The notes below the pieces were generated by a model. The model was given only the letters and a program-made list of their open reading frames with translations. It made no database searches and was not told where the DNA came from. Of a DNA stretch of 56,752 nucleotides, positions 11,226-25,392 are shown piece after piece. This stretch comes from Chromera velia (Eukaryota), in assembly GCA_018398765.1 (NCBI GenBank), contig JAHBMJ010000116.1, positions 1-56,752 on the forward strand. The letters run 5' to 3'. The stretch's first letter is position 1. Every line of letters starts with the position of its first letter. The position numbers were made by a program, and so were the translations under genes.

Positions 11226-12363
11226 GGCCTGAGAGGGGAGGAACCAAACGCTGACGGGGGGGGGACCATGCATCAGGGAGTGTTTTTGAAAAAATATGAA
11301 GAAGATCAGCGTACAGTCACGGCGGCAGTGAGTCAGTACGTGTTATGGGCGGTTATGGGTCGAAGGGCCAAAGGTATTGAACAGTATAGTCAACCGCTTG
11401 CTCACTGACAGGTCAAAGACATACAGGTGAACCCTGAAAAAAAATTTAGGAAAGTGATAGAAAAATGATAGAAATGAAAAGGTAGAAAAGTGATAGAAAT
11501 CAGAATTTAATTTCTAATTAACATGTTAGAAATTAAACTAGAAATTAAACTTATAATTTCTATCAGATGTTAAAAATATTAGAAAAATAATAGAAACTAG
11601 GGTATATACACTAGTACACATTAAAAAATTCTTTGGAATTTTTTATGCGCATCATAGATCATCATAGTAAACTCATTTACAGAGATGTAAAATGTACCTA
11701 GCCAATAGCCACTAGCCAATCTGCCATTGAATCTGGGACCCTTTGGCTAACTCTAGCCAATAACTAGCTAATATCACATCATACTAAGCACATACCTAAA
11801 AGTCCTTTTCAGACAATATTAAGCGCTACAAGATTTTTGTTTACAGTTTCTGGTCAGTGACATAATACTACTATTTTTTTGTAGAAGTCCGTTTTGCATT
11901 AACTGATAGCTTTCTACAGATGGATTTTCACCAAGGTAGAGTGATTTATGGAGCTGCATGAAGCTTCATTGTGCTTCAAGTTGAACACCGACCATGCACC
12001 AGAATACACCAGAAATGTTCTTCAATCCTTCTTCGGACAGAAGGCACCTGGGCTCAGTGGGCTGGCCGCGTGCGAAAGATAGAAGAGGATGGATGATTCA
12101 AAGACAACAACCAGGACAGCAACTGGTGCACGCGCACACTCTTTCGCCCACTCTACCAAACAGCAAACACGAATTCAGGTCCCTTTTACTCTCTGCATCC
12201 ACGCTGGAATTGCACTCGAATTAGATATCGCCTGGAAAACAAACGATCGAATTCTCTATTGGTCTGTTTCTACTATGCCCTCCATTCCACTGGGCGGATT
12301 CAGAATCAAATAAAGTCTACCAAAGACCCCTGCACAAGCTCATTGAAGCAACGCGGCTACCGG

Positions 12364-15300
12364 TCACAACCCATAAAATGCCGGAAGAGAGCGTTGCCTG
12401 ATGAGGGGAAACCCCCTCTCATCATCCAACGTCTCTCCTTCAGGCTCCACTCTGCGATCTCTGTTGTCTCTTTGGAACAGACCACCGGGCCCTCCTCCTC
12501 CCCATTCCTCCACTGTCCTTGTCCCCCCCAACCTCGATCTTTCACTCCCAGCCTCCACCACGTCTCTGTTACCGTTGCCATACATGAATCCAGACGAGGC
12601 AAACACACCCACCATTCCCCCCCCTCGTGACTGAACCGCCTCAGTGGACCCCTCGCTCTCGGGTTCTTCCAACACTGGGCATGGGGTATTCCCCTCAAAA
12701 CCTCCCGGTTCAACTCCTCCAGGAGCACTCTCCTCTATCCCCTCTCTCTCGTCTCCCACTCCCATCACCCCATGTCGCCTCGACCCTCCTGGCTGTGTCT
12801 CTCTGAGACATCCTCCCTCATCCCGATCTTGCTCTCCTCCTGCCTGGGGGAGATGCACAGGCGCGGGCAAGGGGGACGCGGAAAGGGCGGGAAGCGCAGA
12901 CAGAGAGAGCGCGTGCAATGGCAAAGGGGGGGCTGATGGACTTGGAAACACCGAGGCAAACTCCAACCACCCCCTTCCCCCCTCATCAGGCAATTCCCTC
13001 TCCCCGTCTCCCGCCCCTCCCTCAGGATTCCTCTCAGGCAGACTCCACCCTCCAGGGCCAGTCTGACTGTCTCTACCAGGAGAGCTCTCAGGAAAGGGCG
13101 CCGTCTCCCCCATGGAAGATGCCGTCTCCTTCTTCCCCCCCCCGTCTCCTACCCGAGCTAATTTGCGCTTCCTTCTCCTCCTCCAGCACACACAGCAGAT
13201 GGAGAAGATCAGGACAAAGACAGCGAAGGACACCAAGGCAATCACCCACCATGGGGTTTCCTGGACATGCCTCGCCACTTTCTCCCAACTCCAATCACCG
13301 GACCCTGACCTTCTTGGATCCCCCCCCTCCGCCTGTTCCTCTCCGTTGCCTTCCTTCTCGTCATCCCCAGGCTGCTACAAAGGGAAACAAGAGAGAGAGA
13401 GAGAGAGGAAAAGAGACGAGAACAGAAGATCATAAAAGAGAAGACAGACGAAGAGAGTGGGGAGAAGACTACCCCCGCAACTCTCCTAGGCTCAAACGTG
13501 ACCTGTTGACTATCCTCACCGGATTGAGACCTGATTCAAAGGTTGAGACACGGAGAGGGAGAAAGAAAAAGAGGCAACAAAGGAAAGGCAAGAAAAACGC
13601 AGAAAGAAAAAAAGTGACGGAGGGTCGGCCTCCCACTGGAGAGAGGAACACACAGTAGATAAGCGAGAAGCAACTCACCTACCTCAATGATTTCTACCTC
13701 CGCCCCCAACCGAAAGAACTTCCCAAAGTCGCTCTGCATCAGTTCACTTCCCGTCTCTCCGTCTCCACTCTCTTCTGCCTCCTCCAGTTGTCTCTGCAAC
13801 TTCAACGCCGTCTCCATTGGCCCCACCGTCATCACCACTTCAGTTCGGAACTTTCCATTCTCGGCGTCTGCTGAGTGGAGAAGTCGGTGGAGACTGGACA
13901 CTTTCGCATCCTGTCTCCTGCCTCCAACTGACCGAGCCAAGCTTCTCTCAAACACGCCAGTGAACCACTGACGGGAAAACCGAAACTCTTCCAGCATTGA
14001 CGTCAAAGTTGCCACCAGGCGGAGACGGACTGTCACCAACTCCCCGTCCCCGTCTCCTACCGTCTCCGGAACAGCCACGCAATGGCGGTCTGATACTTCA
14101 AACCCCTCCTTGCACGCACAAGCGAACGCCCCCTGTGGACGGAGAAGGAACATCATAAAGAAAGAGGCTTGCTTGAGAGAATGAACGAGAAGATTCGCTG
14201 CGTTCCGACTTCCGTGTCTCACACAAAAATCAAATTTAGCAGGCTTGCGGAGGAATTGTTGTACGACCACACACCCTGTTCTTATCCAATGACGCACGAA
14301 TCCACGATCTCTTCTCACTCACTGACCTCAAAGTTGACGCACTGCACCTCCGGTCCCGCCCCGCAGGATTCCTCCGGCAGCAGGTCATTAGCGCACTCGT
14401 CCACGTCTGTGCACTTCCCGCTGCAGAGCGCTCTCATGAAACCAGGAGGAAATTAAAGAGATTTGACGTAAATTAGAGTCATCTAGAAACGAAGAGTGGA
14501 AGGCAAAGAGAACAATGAGTGACATCCCGAAACTTCCTTGAAAGCAGTTTTCTGTTTCTCTCCTTCTTCTCCTCTTCCCCCATGCACCCACCAACCTGGT
14601 TTCATCCAGTTGAAAGCCCTGAGGGCATGTGGGCGAGAAGAGGGCCTCTCTGTGTGGAAGAGACACACTCGTGCTGTTGGTGGCGGTGGCAGTGCGGGAG
14701 GTTTCGTTTGGGATGGGATCCGCTCTCGGAGAAACTACCCCTCCGTCCCTCTGGGGTGTAAAAACACCCCCTCTCCTCTGAGGAATGACTGTGCCCTGCC
14801 CCCTCTGAGGAATGACTGTGCCCTGTCCCCTTTGAGGAATGACTGTGCCCTGCCCCCTCTGAGGAATGACTGTGCCCTGCCCCCTCTGAGGAATGACTGT
14901 GCCCTGCCCCCTCTGAGGAAGAAATGCCCCCCCTCCCCTCTGAGGTCTGAAAGAAGTCCCCTGAGACCATTCAGGTCTGAAGAAAAGAAGAGACCCCCCC
15001 GAGGAATAAGGGAAGTAACTCGGGGGGCGGGAAGAAGGGGGAGGAGCTAGTCTCTGCCACTGCTTCTCTGTCTCCTCAGCCATTCTCCTCCTAGGACCCG
15101 TTCCCGTCTCCCCGTCCCTCTCTCTCTTCCTCCTCGACATCGTCTCAGAGCACCCACTCACGGAGGGCCCATTATTCCCTTTTAACCCTACTCCTTCATC
15201 CCCGTCTCCACCGTCTTCGCATTCCTCCTCTATTGACGCCGTCACGTTCCGTCTCCTCTCCTCCCTCTCCTTCTCCCTCTGCCCGAATCTCTCTGCCACC

Positions 15301-15595
15301 CCCGCGTCAACCCAACACTCCCCCCCTGCCTCGTCCTCCACAACCTGTTTGAGGAAGTGGGAGATTCCAGAACTGCAAAAAGCGACAGACAAGGAGACAA
15401 GATTCAACGTGTTTGGTTCTATGGCATGTTTCGTTCTTCCTGCCCCCCCTCTCCCCCAAAAGAGACTGACTCAAATTTCTCGAAGAATTCCTCTTGGCGA
15501 CTCAGAGAACTGGAGGGGTTCGTGCACACCTGCAGGGAGGGAAGGACGCAAAAGCAATCAATGCTTTTCCCTCTCTTTGCCTATTGAGGACACCC

Positions 15596-15635
<40 letters not shown>

Positions 15636-18600
15636 CTACACACACAGATATGAGACAGAGACATACAGGACCAGAGACAAGCACCACCCCAGAGATCTCT
15701 AGATTTGCTGACAGACAAATAAGGAGGCAGGTAGGAATGCAGGTGGACGAACAGGAGAGGAGAGGAGAGCCAATCAACAGAAAGGCACCCCTGCTAGCTA
15801 GGGGGTCAAGAAGGCGCAGATAGAAGAGCGGCAGGGAAAGAAGCGACCCCCTGACTGCCTGCCTGACCCTATTTGAGTCATCTGCCTCCAGAGGGATAAA
15901 GAACGAGAGACCCGTATGGCGACCGTGCGCCCCCTCTGAGTGGTGCAGCGTCAGGGCGTCTCTGAAGGCGTCTCTTGTCACTTCGATCTGCTCAATCAGG
16001 GCTGAAGTCACATTGAAGAAGTCACCCCTGACAGCCCCCCCAAGGCCGGAATCACTCCTGACATCCCCCCTGAGAGTGATTCGCGTCTCGTTAGAGAGGA
16101 GTTCCAGGAACTCACCCAAATCCCCACACGTGCACGCAGAGCACCCCTCTACCCGTGCAGTCTGCCGCAAGGCCTCTCGGACAACCGCAGAGACTTCTGA
16201 AGAGCCGCACCGGAAGAGCGTCTGCAGAATTCAATCAGACAGATCTTCAGCTCTCTGTCTCGAAAGAAAGAAAAAACCTTCCATTGTGCGAGACGCGTCT
16301 CAGGGATCTACCGTGAGAAGGGACCTGGTTGGACACCATGTGAGCACCTACCAGATCTCATAAACACTTCTCAGTATTGAAACACACATATGAACACTTC
16401 ACTAAGGATACAGACAGACCTCACACGAGTGTCATAATTACAATCAGCACATCGCCCTCTTTCTGTTTCATCGTTGATTCACACACGTATGCCCCTTCTC
16501 CCTCCCCCCCCACTCACTTTCAGTGCTTCATCCAGACGATCTCTGAAGTCCAAGAAGGCAGACGTCTTCACAAGAGACAGAGTCAATGGATTCCCCATCT
16601 CCACCCAGGCTGCGTTGCGACCCGTAATCTGCAGTTGGCAAAACAAAAAAATATACCTTCATACGCATCAATGCAGAGTGCGGTGAAAGAAAATAAAGCG
16701 ACGAGTGAGGGTCAAGATGGAAATTCGCGCGTGAAAATGCTGAATGGTTATGCAGAAGCAGTCAGAAAGCACAACGGACAGACTGCCTCTCCAAAGTTCC
16801 GAGAAAGAAAACTGCCGGAGACCGAAAGCACAAGAACGCAGACGTGACTACCTGACTGACCGTGTAGCCCTCCCACATCCGTGTCCCCAACTGCAAAGGA
16901 GACAGAGTACCCCCCTCCCCGTCTGTTGCAGCGAGGACTCTCCAGTTCCATCCAGAGGAGGGCTCGTTGGCCTCACTGGCGAGAATGTACTCAGCTGCAG
17001 AAGGGGAAGAAGAAGAAGAAGAAGAGAAGGAGGGAAGGATGGAGGTGCATTGATTGATTTGCACATGGGGGGGGCATACCGACTCTTCTCACACTCTGGA
17101 GAGAAGAGGCATCCACACACATCTCTCTCCCACACACACCTCTTCTTCCTTCTTCTGCTCTCTCCACCTCCCGACTGTCCAAGAGAACAAACAGTTCCTT
17201 CCACGTCTGTACACAAGCAACCATGCAGCACCTAACAGAAAGACAGAAAGAAAAGAAAGAAAGAAAGAAAGAAAGAAAAGAAAGAAAGAAAAAAAAAAAG
17301 AAAGAAAGAAAGAAAGAAAGAAAAGAAAGAAAAAAAGAAAGAAAGAAAGAAAGAAAGAAAAGAAAGAAAGAGAGAAAGAAAGAAAGCAAGGAAGGAAGGA
17401 AGGAAGGAAGAAAGAACGAAAGAAAGACAGTCTCTCTGTCTGCAGACAGATCAAACCAACCAACCAAAGGGCGAGAGAGTATCCACAACAGAGAGGGACC
17501 CCATCAAGCAAGCGTCCATCCCAAGAAAGGAAAGTCTCAGCTTCCCCCCTCCCCCTGTCTCCTGCTCCCGGCTCCTCTCTGACCCCCAGAGACCCGCCTC
17601 GATCCCCGACCGAACAGCACTAAGACGCATGCCCCCCTCCTCAGGGTGACTCTGGTCCTTTCCCAGGCCCACCCACCCAGCACCGTGACTCCTGCAAAAC
17701 AAATCACAAACACTAGTACGCAGTGTGGGGAGAACACAGCAAGTTTGGACATGCACCCCATGCGCACACATTCTCTCAGAGCTGCGAGATGGATGCGGGG
17801 GCGAATTTAGGGAACCCGACAGAAAAAAAGAGACACCCTCAGTACACACCCATCCAAATGTGTTGTATTTGCTTTCGAACCCCTCTATCCCCCCACACAT
17901 ACAGATTGGTCACACCCACCAGAAAGTGAGACCGTAGTGGGTCGCCCCAAAGGTGTCCACGCCTCTCTTCACAAAGTCTGCCAGGAGAGAAGGAGACCCC
18001 ATGTTTACCTGCAACCACACACTCACGCACCGTGGGTGCAACAAAATTTGAATAAATGAATCCAGCATGGCGTTGCAGTGTTGTTTAGTCAAAATTTATT
18101 TCTTCCTTTTTGCGCCCCTCCAGTTCTCTGTTTTCTTTCTGCCTGTCGGTCGCTCTTGTTGAAGTCGCTTTCTTCCTTCCTAAAAATAAAAAAAATGTTT
18201 CACCTTCTCTCTTTTCTTTCGAAAAAAAAAGCCCCTGTGTTCTCTCTTCACACCAACAGTGACCCTCCCTTCTGTTTGCGGATTGACTGACCTCCCCGTG
18301 GTCCTTCAACAGGACCCACTCGAGCCTTTCCCTCTGCTCGCTCCACACGAGCAGCAGCTCGAAGGCGCCCGTGAAGTCCCCAGTGGAACGAGAGGGAGAC
18401 TCATCAGCATCAGCAGAGTTGGAATCTGTCGACGTTGGATGTGAATGGGGGGGGGAATAGGCAGGAGCCTGTCGAGAGGAAGAAGGAGAAGAGGACGGAA
18501 GCGCATCCCCCCGCATTCTCCAACGAAACTCCACCACTTCTTCCTCTCCTGTCAACGAACTCTGGGGACACCCATTCACCACACCCACAGACACCAAACG

Positions 18601-19435
18601 CGAAGAAGAGGGAGAAGAAGACGCCTCCACCTCCTCCAAAGAGGAATTTGAGGGCGAATGTCTATCCACCAGCACCACCAAGTTCAAGTTTCTCTCTCTC
18701 ACATCACCACTTCTCTCCAGTCTCAAAAGCTCCATCGACAGATCCCACACCCCGTTCAATTCCAAGTCATTATCTGCGTTCATGTAAAGCAAAAAAGTCC
18801 ACGCTGTGTCCCTCTGGGGCAGGTTCAAGGAGTCCGTGTCGCAGCGGAACAAAACACGCTCCCCTTCTCCCACCTCCCGCAGTCTCCTTTTTCTTTTCTG
18901 CCGTCTCCTCAAATCATCCCCCCCAAGTCCTCCACCGGACAAACTCTCCAGAGCCCCCCCAACCCTTTCGATCTCTCCAGATCCTCCACAGTAATCCCAA
19001 ACGCCCCCTTCCCCCCGTCTGCCCACATCTTGACAGACGCACCCCCCTCGACTACAATGCGAGGGGTCCACAAAACACCTGCAAGACAGGAAGAGGAGCA
19101 CAAATCAGTCAAGAAAACACGGTCAAACGCTCTGGCCCTACGGCACTAGTCCTCTCGGCCCGTACAGTAATGATGCGTACTATGCCGGAGCCCGTAGAGA
19201 GGGATGGCACTACACACATGGGACACGTAAAGATGCACGACGCACGTCAACAACAGTTGCATGGCATGTTCGCATGCCACAGTGAGCAGACCCACCGAGG
19301 GACGGGATCATCCCCAAAGACCCCACAGCTAGAGGCATCCTTGCAGACGCATCCGCTGTCGCTGAGGACCTCCCCTACTGAACAGTTCCCGAACAGACAG
19401 AACAAGAGAACGGCGCCAACGGAGACTGCATGCAT
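12364..19435 (-). CDS. Type I membrane clostripain-family (peptidase C11) protease: signal peptide, Cys-rich kringle/FN2-like module, C11 domain, 9-aa repeats, calcium-binding EGF, SEA-like stalk, TM helix and cytoplasmic tail (at least 10 exons)
   Basis: Spliced C11 motifs: WTFLLYMNADNDL, NLVVLVDR, EVNMGSPSLLADFV, LTFWSHGAGW (His 17685-17687), LGMDACLM (Cys 17508-17510), YILASEANEPSSGWNW, DLGEFL, GLSFFIP. EGF: CTDVDECA...CVNFE|GAFACACKEGF. TM: WWVIALVSFAVFVLIFSICCVCW followed by RRRRKRK. Confidence 0.88.
14760..14950 (-). repeat. 27-bp coding tandem repeat (PQRGQGTVI)n in the clostripain gene
   Basis: Five near-perfect units of ctgaggaatgactgtgccctgccccct plus degenerate flanking units. Confidence 0.9.
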
Positions 19436-19978
19436 GTTCGAGCAGCTCCGAACGTCTACAGATGACAGTGTGCTCCCCCTCTTTTCACACTCAACCGATG
19501 GACGGTTTTGACAAACGTTTTGGCAAGTCGCCACGTGCAATAGAAAGACCAAAACTAGAGAGGAAAGATTGAAAAAACTGAAGGACGACAATGGGCGACA
19601 TCAGAGAGCCCAAAGACTCAGTTCAGGCCCACCTGCACGAGCCATATACTTGAGCCTACCGCCGATCTAATGCCGAGCACGTGATCCGGCTGGGGCCCAT
19701 GAATCGGCCCATGATGCATGGCACTTTTTCGGTGCGGATCCTTTGGCGATTTGCGACAAATCGGCTACAACATTGATCGGTCGACAATTAAGCCGTCTCT
19801 GAAGTTCGAAAGACCGTGGAGAGTTGAGCCTCTCTCGGTTGTCTTTAACTTCCAACGGTTTGACTATCCGTGTTATTCAGTCTTCACGTGTCTGCACTGA
19901 GTGCGCATCAGTCGCCGATCCTGTGCGTCAGCCTTCTAGGAGACTGTCAAAGGAGACGGACGAAGAAGACCCTCGGAA

Positions 19979-21060
19979 ATGCGCCTCCTCAGTATGCAGT
20001 TTGCCGTGGTCTTGGCTTTGTTTGCTGTGTCTGTGGCTTTCAGCCCGCTCTCCAGCCAAGCCTTTCCAGTACGAAGTCTCTCACAGAATCCCCAGTCTGA
20101 TGGAGCAGGGAGACGGCGACCGCTTCTCTCTATCCCGTTGGCAGCTGTGAAGACTACTGAAGACACTGAGGAGGAGACGGAAGGAAAGAAGAGCCCATTG
20201 TCACCGGAGGAAGCCACAAAGAAGTATGGCTTGGAAGTTGGACTATTCAAAGCCGCAAAGGGCCGTGATATGGCCTCTGCTAAGGACTTGCTGGCGAAGT
20301 ATGGGGGTGCTTATCTGATTACATCAATCGCCTTGGCGATCATTTCCATGGGGGCCAACTACTGGTTGGTTGACCATAGTTTCCCTGTGGCCGAGTGGCT
20401 ACGAAAGTTGCCTTTCAACATTCAAGTCAACGAAACGGGTGAAAAGGCCAGCACGTTCGCCATCGCCTATGCGCTTCACAAGGTCAGCCTGACATAGAGA
20501 CGGAAAGGGAGGAGTACAAGAAGACAAGGAAGATATATCTATTGGGTCACACGGCGTTCATCATGGGATGGTTGGCCGGGGAGGTGAAAGGTGCAAGGGG
20601 AAATGGAAAAGAGACGGTGAAGGCATGAGAGATGCCGGTGGAAACGGAGAAGAGAGGTGCGAATCGGGGACAGAGAGAGAAGGGGCGAAAGAAAGGCACA
20701 GAGAAAAAAGAGGGGACCATTGAGGAAGCGTCCTGAATGAATGAGATGAGAGAGCATAGCCAGCAAATCAGACTTGGATTGGTCCTTGACCTTCTTTGAC
20801 TGTTTTTCTCAAAGCAAGAGAGACTGCACACATAGGAAGTGGAGTCAGCAGGCTGGGAGGGAGGGAGGCACACGGACAGAAAGAAAGAAAGAAACAGAAC
20901 CAGACAAGGAAAAATTGGGTCTTTGGAGACGGAAGGCAGGCAGGCAGGCAGGCAGGCAGGCAGCAGGCTGGGAGGGAGGGAGGCACCCGGACAGAAAGAA
21001 AGAAAGAAAGAAAGAAAGAAACAGAACCAGACAAGGAAAAATTGGGTCTTTAGAGACGGA

Positions 21061-21094
<34 letters not shown>

Positions 21095-22103
21095 CAGGCT
21101 GGGAGGGAGGGAGGCACACGGACAGAAAGAAAGAAACAGAACCAGACAAGGAAAAATTGGGTCTTTGGAGACGGAAGGCAGGCAGGCAGGCAGGCAGCAG
21201 GCTGGGAGGGAGGGAGGCACACGGACAGAAAGAAAGAAACAGAACCAGACAAGGAAAAATTGGGTCTTTGGAGACGGAAGGCAGGCAGGCAGCCAGAAAG
21301 GCAAAAGGCACAAGAAGCGCAACCCAGGTCGTTGTGAAGATTTCATTTCAAACGGAAATTTCGGGCCTCTTTTACGGATCTGTTGTTCTCCTCTTAGTTG
21401 ATATAGAAAGAAAGTGAGTGAGATCGGAAAAGAGTTGGAGGTGGAAGGGGGGGAGGGAAATGAGAGGAGATGGGAGGGAGGGAGGGAGGTAGGGAGGCTG
21501 AAAAAGGGAGAATCACTGAATTAGTCAACATGGCAAGAGAGGAGAGGATGCCAGAAAGGGCCAGTTCGATTTTCTGTATCGAGAACGTCATCCGATTCCC
21601 ATTCTCTTTAAGATTTCTCGAGTGTTACTTCTGCCTGTCTCTGCGCGTGAAGAGAATGTCTTGAAAGAAAGAGAGAGACAATCAACGAAGGCGTCGATGA
21701 TGACTGCATTAGGCTGCCTGACGATCTCACCATACAACTCTCGTCGCTGAGAGAGAGATCAGAGTGATGCCGATACATGCTGGCACCAGACTTGAGACGC
21801 AAAAGCAAAAGCGCGCGCACAGAAAGATATATTGTCGTCGTTTCTTGTAGTCTTTTCTCCCTTCCTGAATGCCTAATCTCGTAGTCTTTCTCTTTCCTTC
21901 TGACGTCCTCCAAACGACAACGTTTTTCTTCTTTTACCCCCTTCCCTCCTTTGCTCGCCTCCTGTTTTTGTTTCTTTTTTCTTCTCTTTTTGCAGGCGGA
22001 ATCTCCCCTCCGCTTCCCCCCCACAGTGGCCCTCACCCCTCTCGTGGCCAAGGCGCTCGGAAGGAAGGAACCCGAGAACTCGGAAGGGAGCGGAGAAGCT
22101 TAA
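19979..22103 (+). CDS. Plastid-targeted DUF1279/FAM210-like membrane protein (exons 19979-20482 and 21996-22103)
   Basis: Signal peptide ending VSVA-F followed by a Ser/Arg-rich transit peptide. DUF1279-type motifs LLAKYGGAYLITSI and TFAIAYALHK|AESPLRFPPTVALTPLVAK. Both exons join in phase 0. Confidence 0.85.
20847..21292 (+). repeat. Intronic tandem repeat, 4 units of about 100-130 bp containing (GGCA)n and (AAAG)n
   Basis: Repeated block gaaacagaaccagacaaggaaaaattgggtctttggagacggaaggcagg. Confidence 0.9.
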
Positions 22104-23096
22104 GTGAGTGGATGAGTGACGAGAGCCCAGGAGGACCTCCTGAGATTGCGTGTGAGACCGGACGGACGGACTGTCTGATAAGGAATTGATGGCTCCTTAG
22201 GAGGACTGCATGGGGTCCGAAGTTCCTGTGTGGGCACGTTGTCTGACTAAGGCAGCGGCTTCATCTTCGGAAAGGTCTCTTGAAAGGAGGAAACGGAGGA
22301 ACTAGCTCCACAGAGGCAAGAAGATCTCAGCCAAATATTCCTTTCAGGATCAAAGTCTGTCTTTCTTTCTGCCGTTATGTGGTTCAAACCTAGGTTCAAA
22401 CTCGTGTAGTAAATCATATTCTAGATTGTACTTTATAGCTCAATAGAGTGATACCGTTTTCTTTCGATTAATGGTGACAGTCCGAGTCTGCTGACAGAGC
22501 TTTTTGAAGTTTGTTCCATACTAGGTTCCGTATGTTATGAAATAGCTTAGGATTGGGCTTAAAAAAGATGGATAGATAAATAAATTTAATTTGAGTTTAT
22601 TATGCTATTTATACTTTTCAAGTTAATTGTACAAAAAATATATACCCCGTTATAATGTGAAGGTTTGAGTCTATAGGTTTGACTGACAAAGCTCTGCTAC
22701 CACCTAACGAGGTGGCTTCATGACGGAACTCATAAGTAGTACGTTCTGTCCTAAGTTTTGTCATGTAAGGTTTGTACTTCTACCCTAGACAATCCCTAAG
22801 GCAATCCCCTATTGCTTCCAGACTGTCTCAACTACATGGCGCATGCATTGTTAATTAAATTGTAGTTTAGAGCTGGAGGAAATTCTGAGGAATCAAAAGA
22901 TAAAAAATTAAAACAAAAAATTAAACAATTGATTCACAAACCACACCTTAATTTCATCTACATAATAGTACATATATACAAAAATAGTAAATAAGTAAAT
23001 TAGTTAACACTAGTATATATATTTTCTGTTAGAAGAAAACACTAGAGAAACTAATGTATTTATATGTGTTAATATGTGTATAAACAACGCTTCAAG

Positions 23097-24420
23097 TTAC
23101 TTCGATCCATCCAGAGCTGCTCCTGGGACAAGCAGCGCCAGCATTTTTAGAGGCCTTCCAAGCTGTACCGCAATGTCATATGCAGTACTGTACGACTCAA
23201 AGGAGTGTATGATGTTATCGTCTAGGTCATCCTCGGCGTTTTCCTCAAGTTGTTGAACCTCCCGGTTGACGGCACCCCTTTCTACAAGCAGCCGCACAAT
23301 CTCAGTGACCCCCCACCGTACAGCTCGATGGAGGGCGGTCGAATCGTGCATCTGTTCAACATTCACATCGGCGCCGCGGTCAATGAGAATTTCCAAAATC
23401 GTCCGTACAGACGAAACGACACTCGGCTCTGTAGGTCCATCATCTGCAGGAATTGCAAGTGTGAGGGCAGTATCGTGGGAACTGTCCTGTCTGTTGATAT
23501 CTGCCCCGTTGTCGACAAGCATCTGGACACAATGGGGTCTGGCTCTGATTACAGAAAACATCAGAGCTGTTCTACCCCCTCCCGTCCCGACACAATCGAT
23601 GTCCATTCCTCTCAATAGGGAGAGGAGGAGCAACTCTTCAAGCTCGTGCCAGGAAAAGAAGTGAACATGAGACGTGTTGGCACGGCTGTACGTGTCGTGC
23701 CGGGGGGTGATCTTCAGATCAGCCACGTCGGACGTGTTCATGAGAAGGTCTCTCAGGGCTTTACCCACGGCAGAGCGAACCGCGGGGTCGCCCTTCTGAG
23801 GGTCGTAATGCGGTCTATACCAGGGGCCAGAATTTTCCTCAGGGTCCAGCTCTCTCTCTGCAGCCTGACAAGCGACCTGCAACGCTTTCTTGCTGTCTCT
23901 CCCCACTGCATCCACGTTTGCCCCCTCTGCAATCAGGGACCGAACCATTCCCCACCGACCCAAACGACAGGCAACGATCATAACCGTGTCGCCATCAACC
24001 ACACCCTCAGTGCCGACCCACCCAGCCCTCACCTCCAAGTCCGGATGATCACTCAATATCATCTCAAAGGCTTCCATATGGTTTGCACACACGGCCCTGA
24101 TGAGAGCCGTCTGACCCTCAAAAAGTCCGTCTATGTCTGCACCTGTTTTGAGGCACAGACAGAAGTCGTCTCCGTTATTCGCACCGCTGACAAAATCAGA
24201 CAGTGCCTGCCGAGTAGTCTTTGCCGACACAGGGCGGAAGGGACGGATCATCTCGCTAATGCCCATCTCATCGAGCGTACCCACGTCAATTTTGATATGC
24301 CTGCTCACCACCTCTCCTAGCTGCCCTCTCACTTTTCTTTTCAACTCCCTCCCCGTCTCCTCCACAGACTCTAAAGCAACAACGTTCTGAAAATGGACGC
24401 ACAGGGCACTAGAATCCCCA

Positions 24421-24455
<35 letters not shown>

Positions 24456-24647
24456 GATCTCATCTCCCCCCTCCGCCCTCAGAGTCTTCTCAACAACGTC
24501 GATCTGCACCTCCAAAAAAGACACAATGGAGGCCTGCAACGCTTTCAAACGCTGCAGATAACACTCTCTGGATACGGGAGGGCTGGCCCTTTCCGGGCTC
24601 GAGGGGGAAGGAAAATCACTGTCGTAATCGATTAATTCCTCCTCCAT
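23097..24647 (-). CDS. Ankyrin-repeat protein (single exon, poly-Ala tract)
   Basis: Ankyrin-type segments GQTALIRAV, GDTVMIVACRLG...LIAEGANVD, GRTALMFSV...LVDNGADIN, DTALTLA and STALHRAVRWGVTEIVRLLVERGA. ATG at 24647. Confidence 0.92.
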
Positions 24648-25124
24648 TTTCAAAACTGTCTCAGCGGAAGGGCACTGCAGTCTCAGTGACAGAGGCTATG
24701 TCAGATGATTCAGATCGCCGTACAGGATCATCGCGGCTCAATCGCGGCTCATCATCATCTGGATTGTCATGCATTGTCATCTGCATGCATGCATGTCTCC
24801 CGGGCGGCCCGGCATCTCCGTGCGAGGACCGCGCGACGGCCGGGCGCCTCGCGCGGTTGAGTGAACCCGCTCCCGCCGCTCCGCGCAGCCCCACAGCGTT
24901 TATACCCACAAACACGGCCATGCATATTATTATATTAATTCGGTTCAAACATCATGATTCAAATCGGTTCAAACTACTATACATGCATGCCAAATCATGC
25001 CAGTACCGTGTTGGCAGTACGTTGGTGGCCTGGCTTCTTTCGAAGTCCTTCCGAGTTTTGTCCTTCCTTTCAAGGTTTAATCAGCTGTAATCAGCCTGAA
25101 CGATGAGTAGAAAAGGAAGATGCA

Positions 25125-25360
25125 AGAAATAATATGGGTTAATCTGGACAATTATCTAACACATGGACTCTCATATGCAAGGTCATTACGACTGCTAAGA
25201 GACTGACATTACGACAAGGTACAACGAACCTTCTCTGTCTTGCAGGTATCTGTATCATATGATTAATAATACAGATCCTACGAGGATGACGTCAGATTCA
25301 GTCACCCCTGGCACCCCTGACATCTCCATTCTGAGACTGTCATGAATCTAACTCACAACT
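25125..25360 (-). repeat. 3' LTR
   Basis: Direct repeat of 30489-30724. Confidence 0.95.
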
Positions 25361-25392
25361 CACCCCCTCATGACAGGCGAACGATCCACACT

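Noticed and set aside
17225..17430. Lys/Glu/Arg-rich and Phe/Leu/Ser-rich ORFs
   Set aside because: These are translations of an intronic (AAAG)n microsatellite. The same applies to the (CCTG)n, (CA)n and (GTCA)n ORFs elsewhere.
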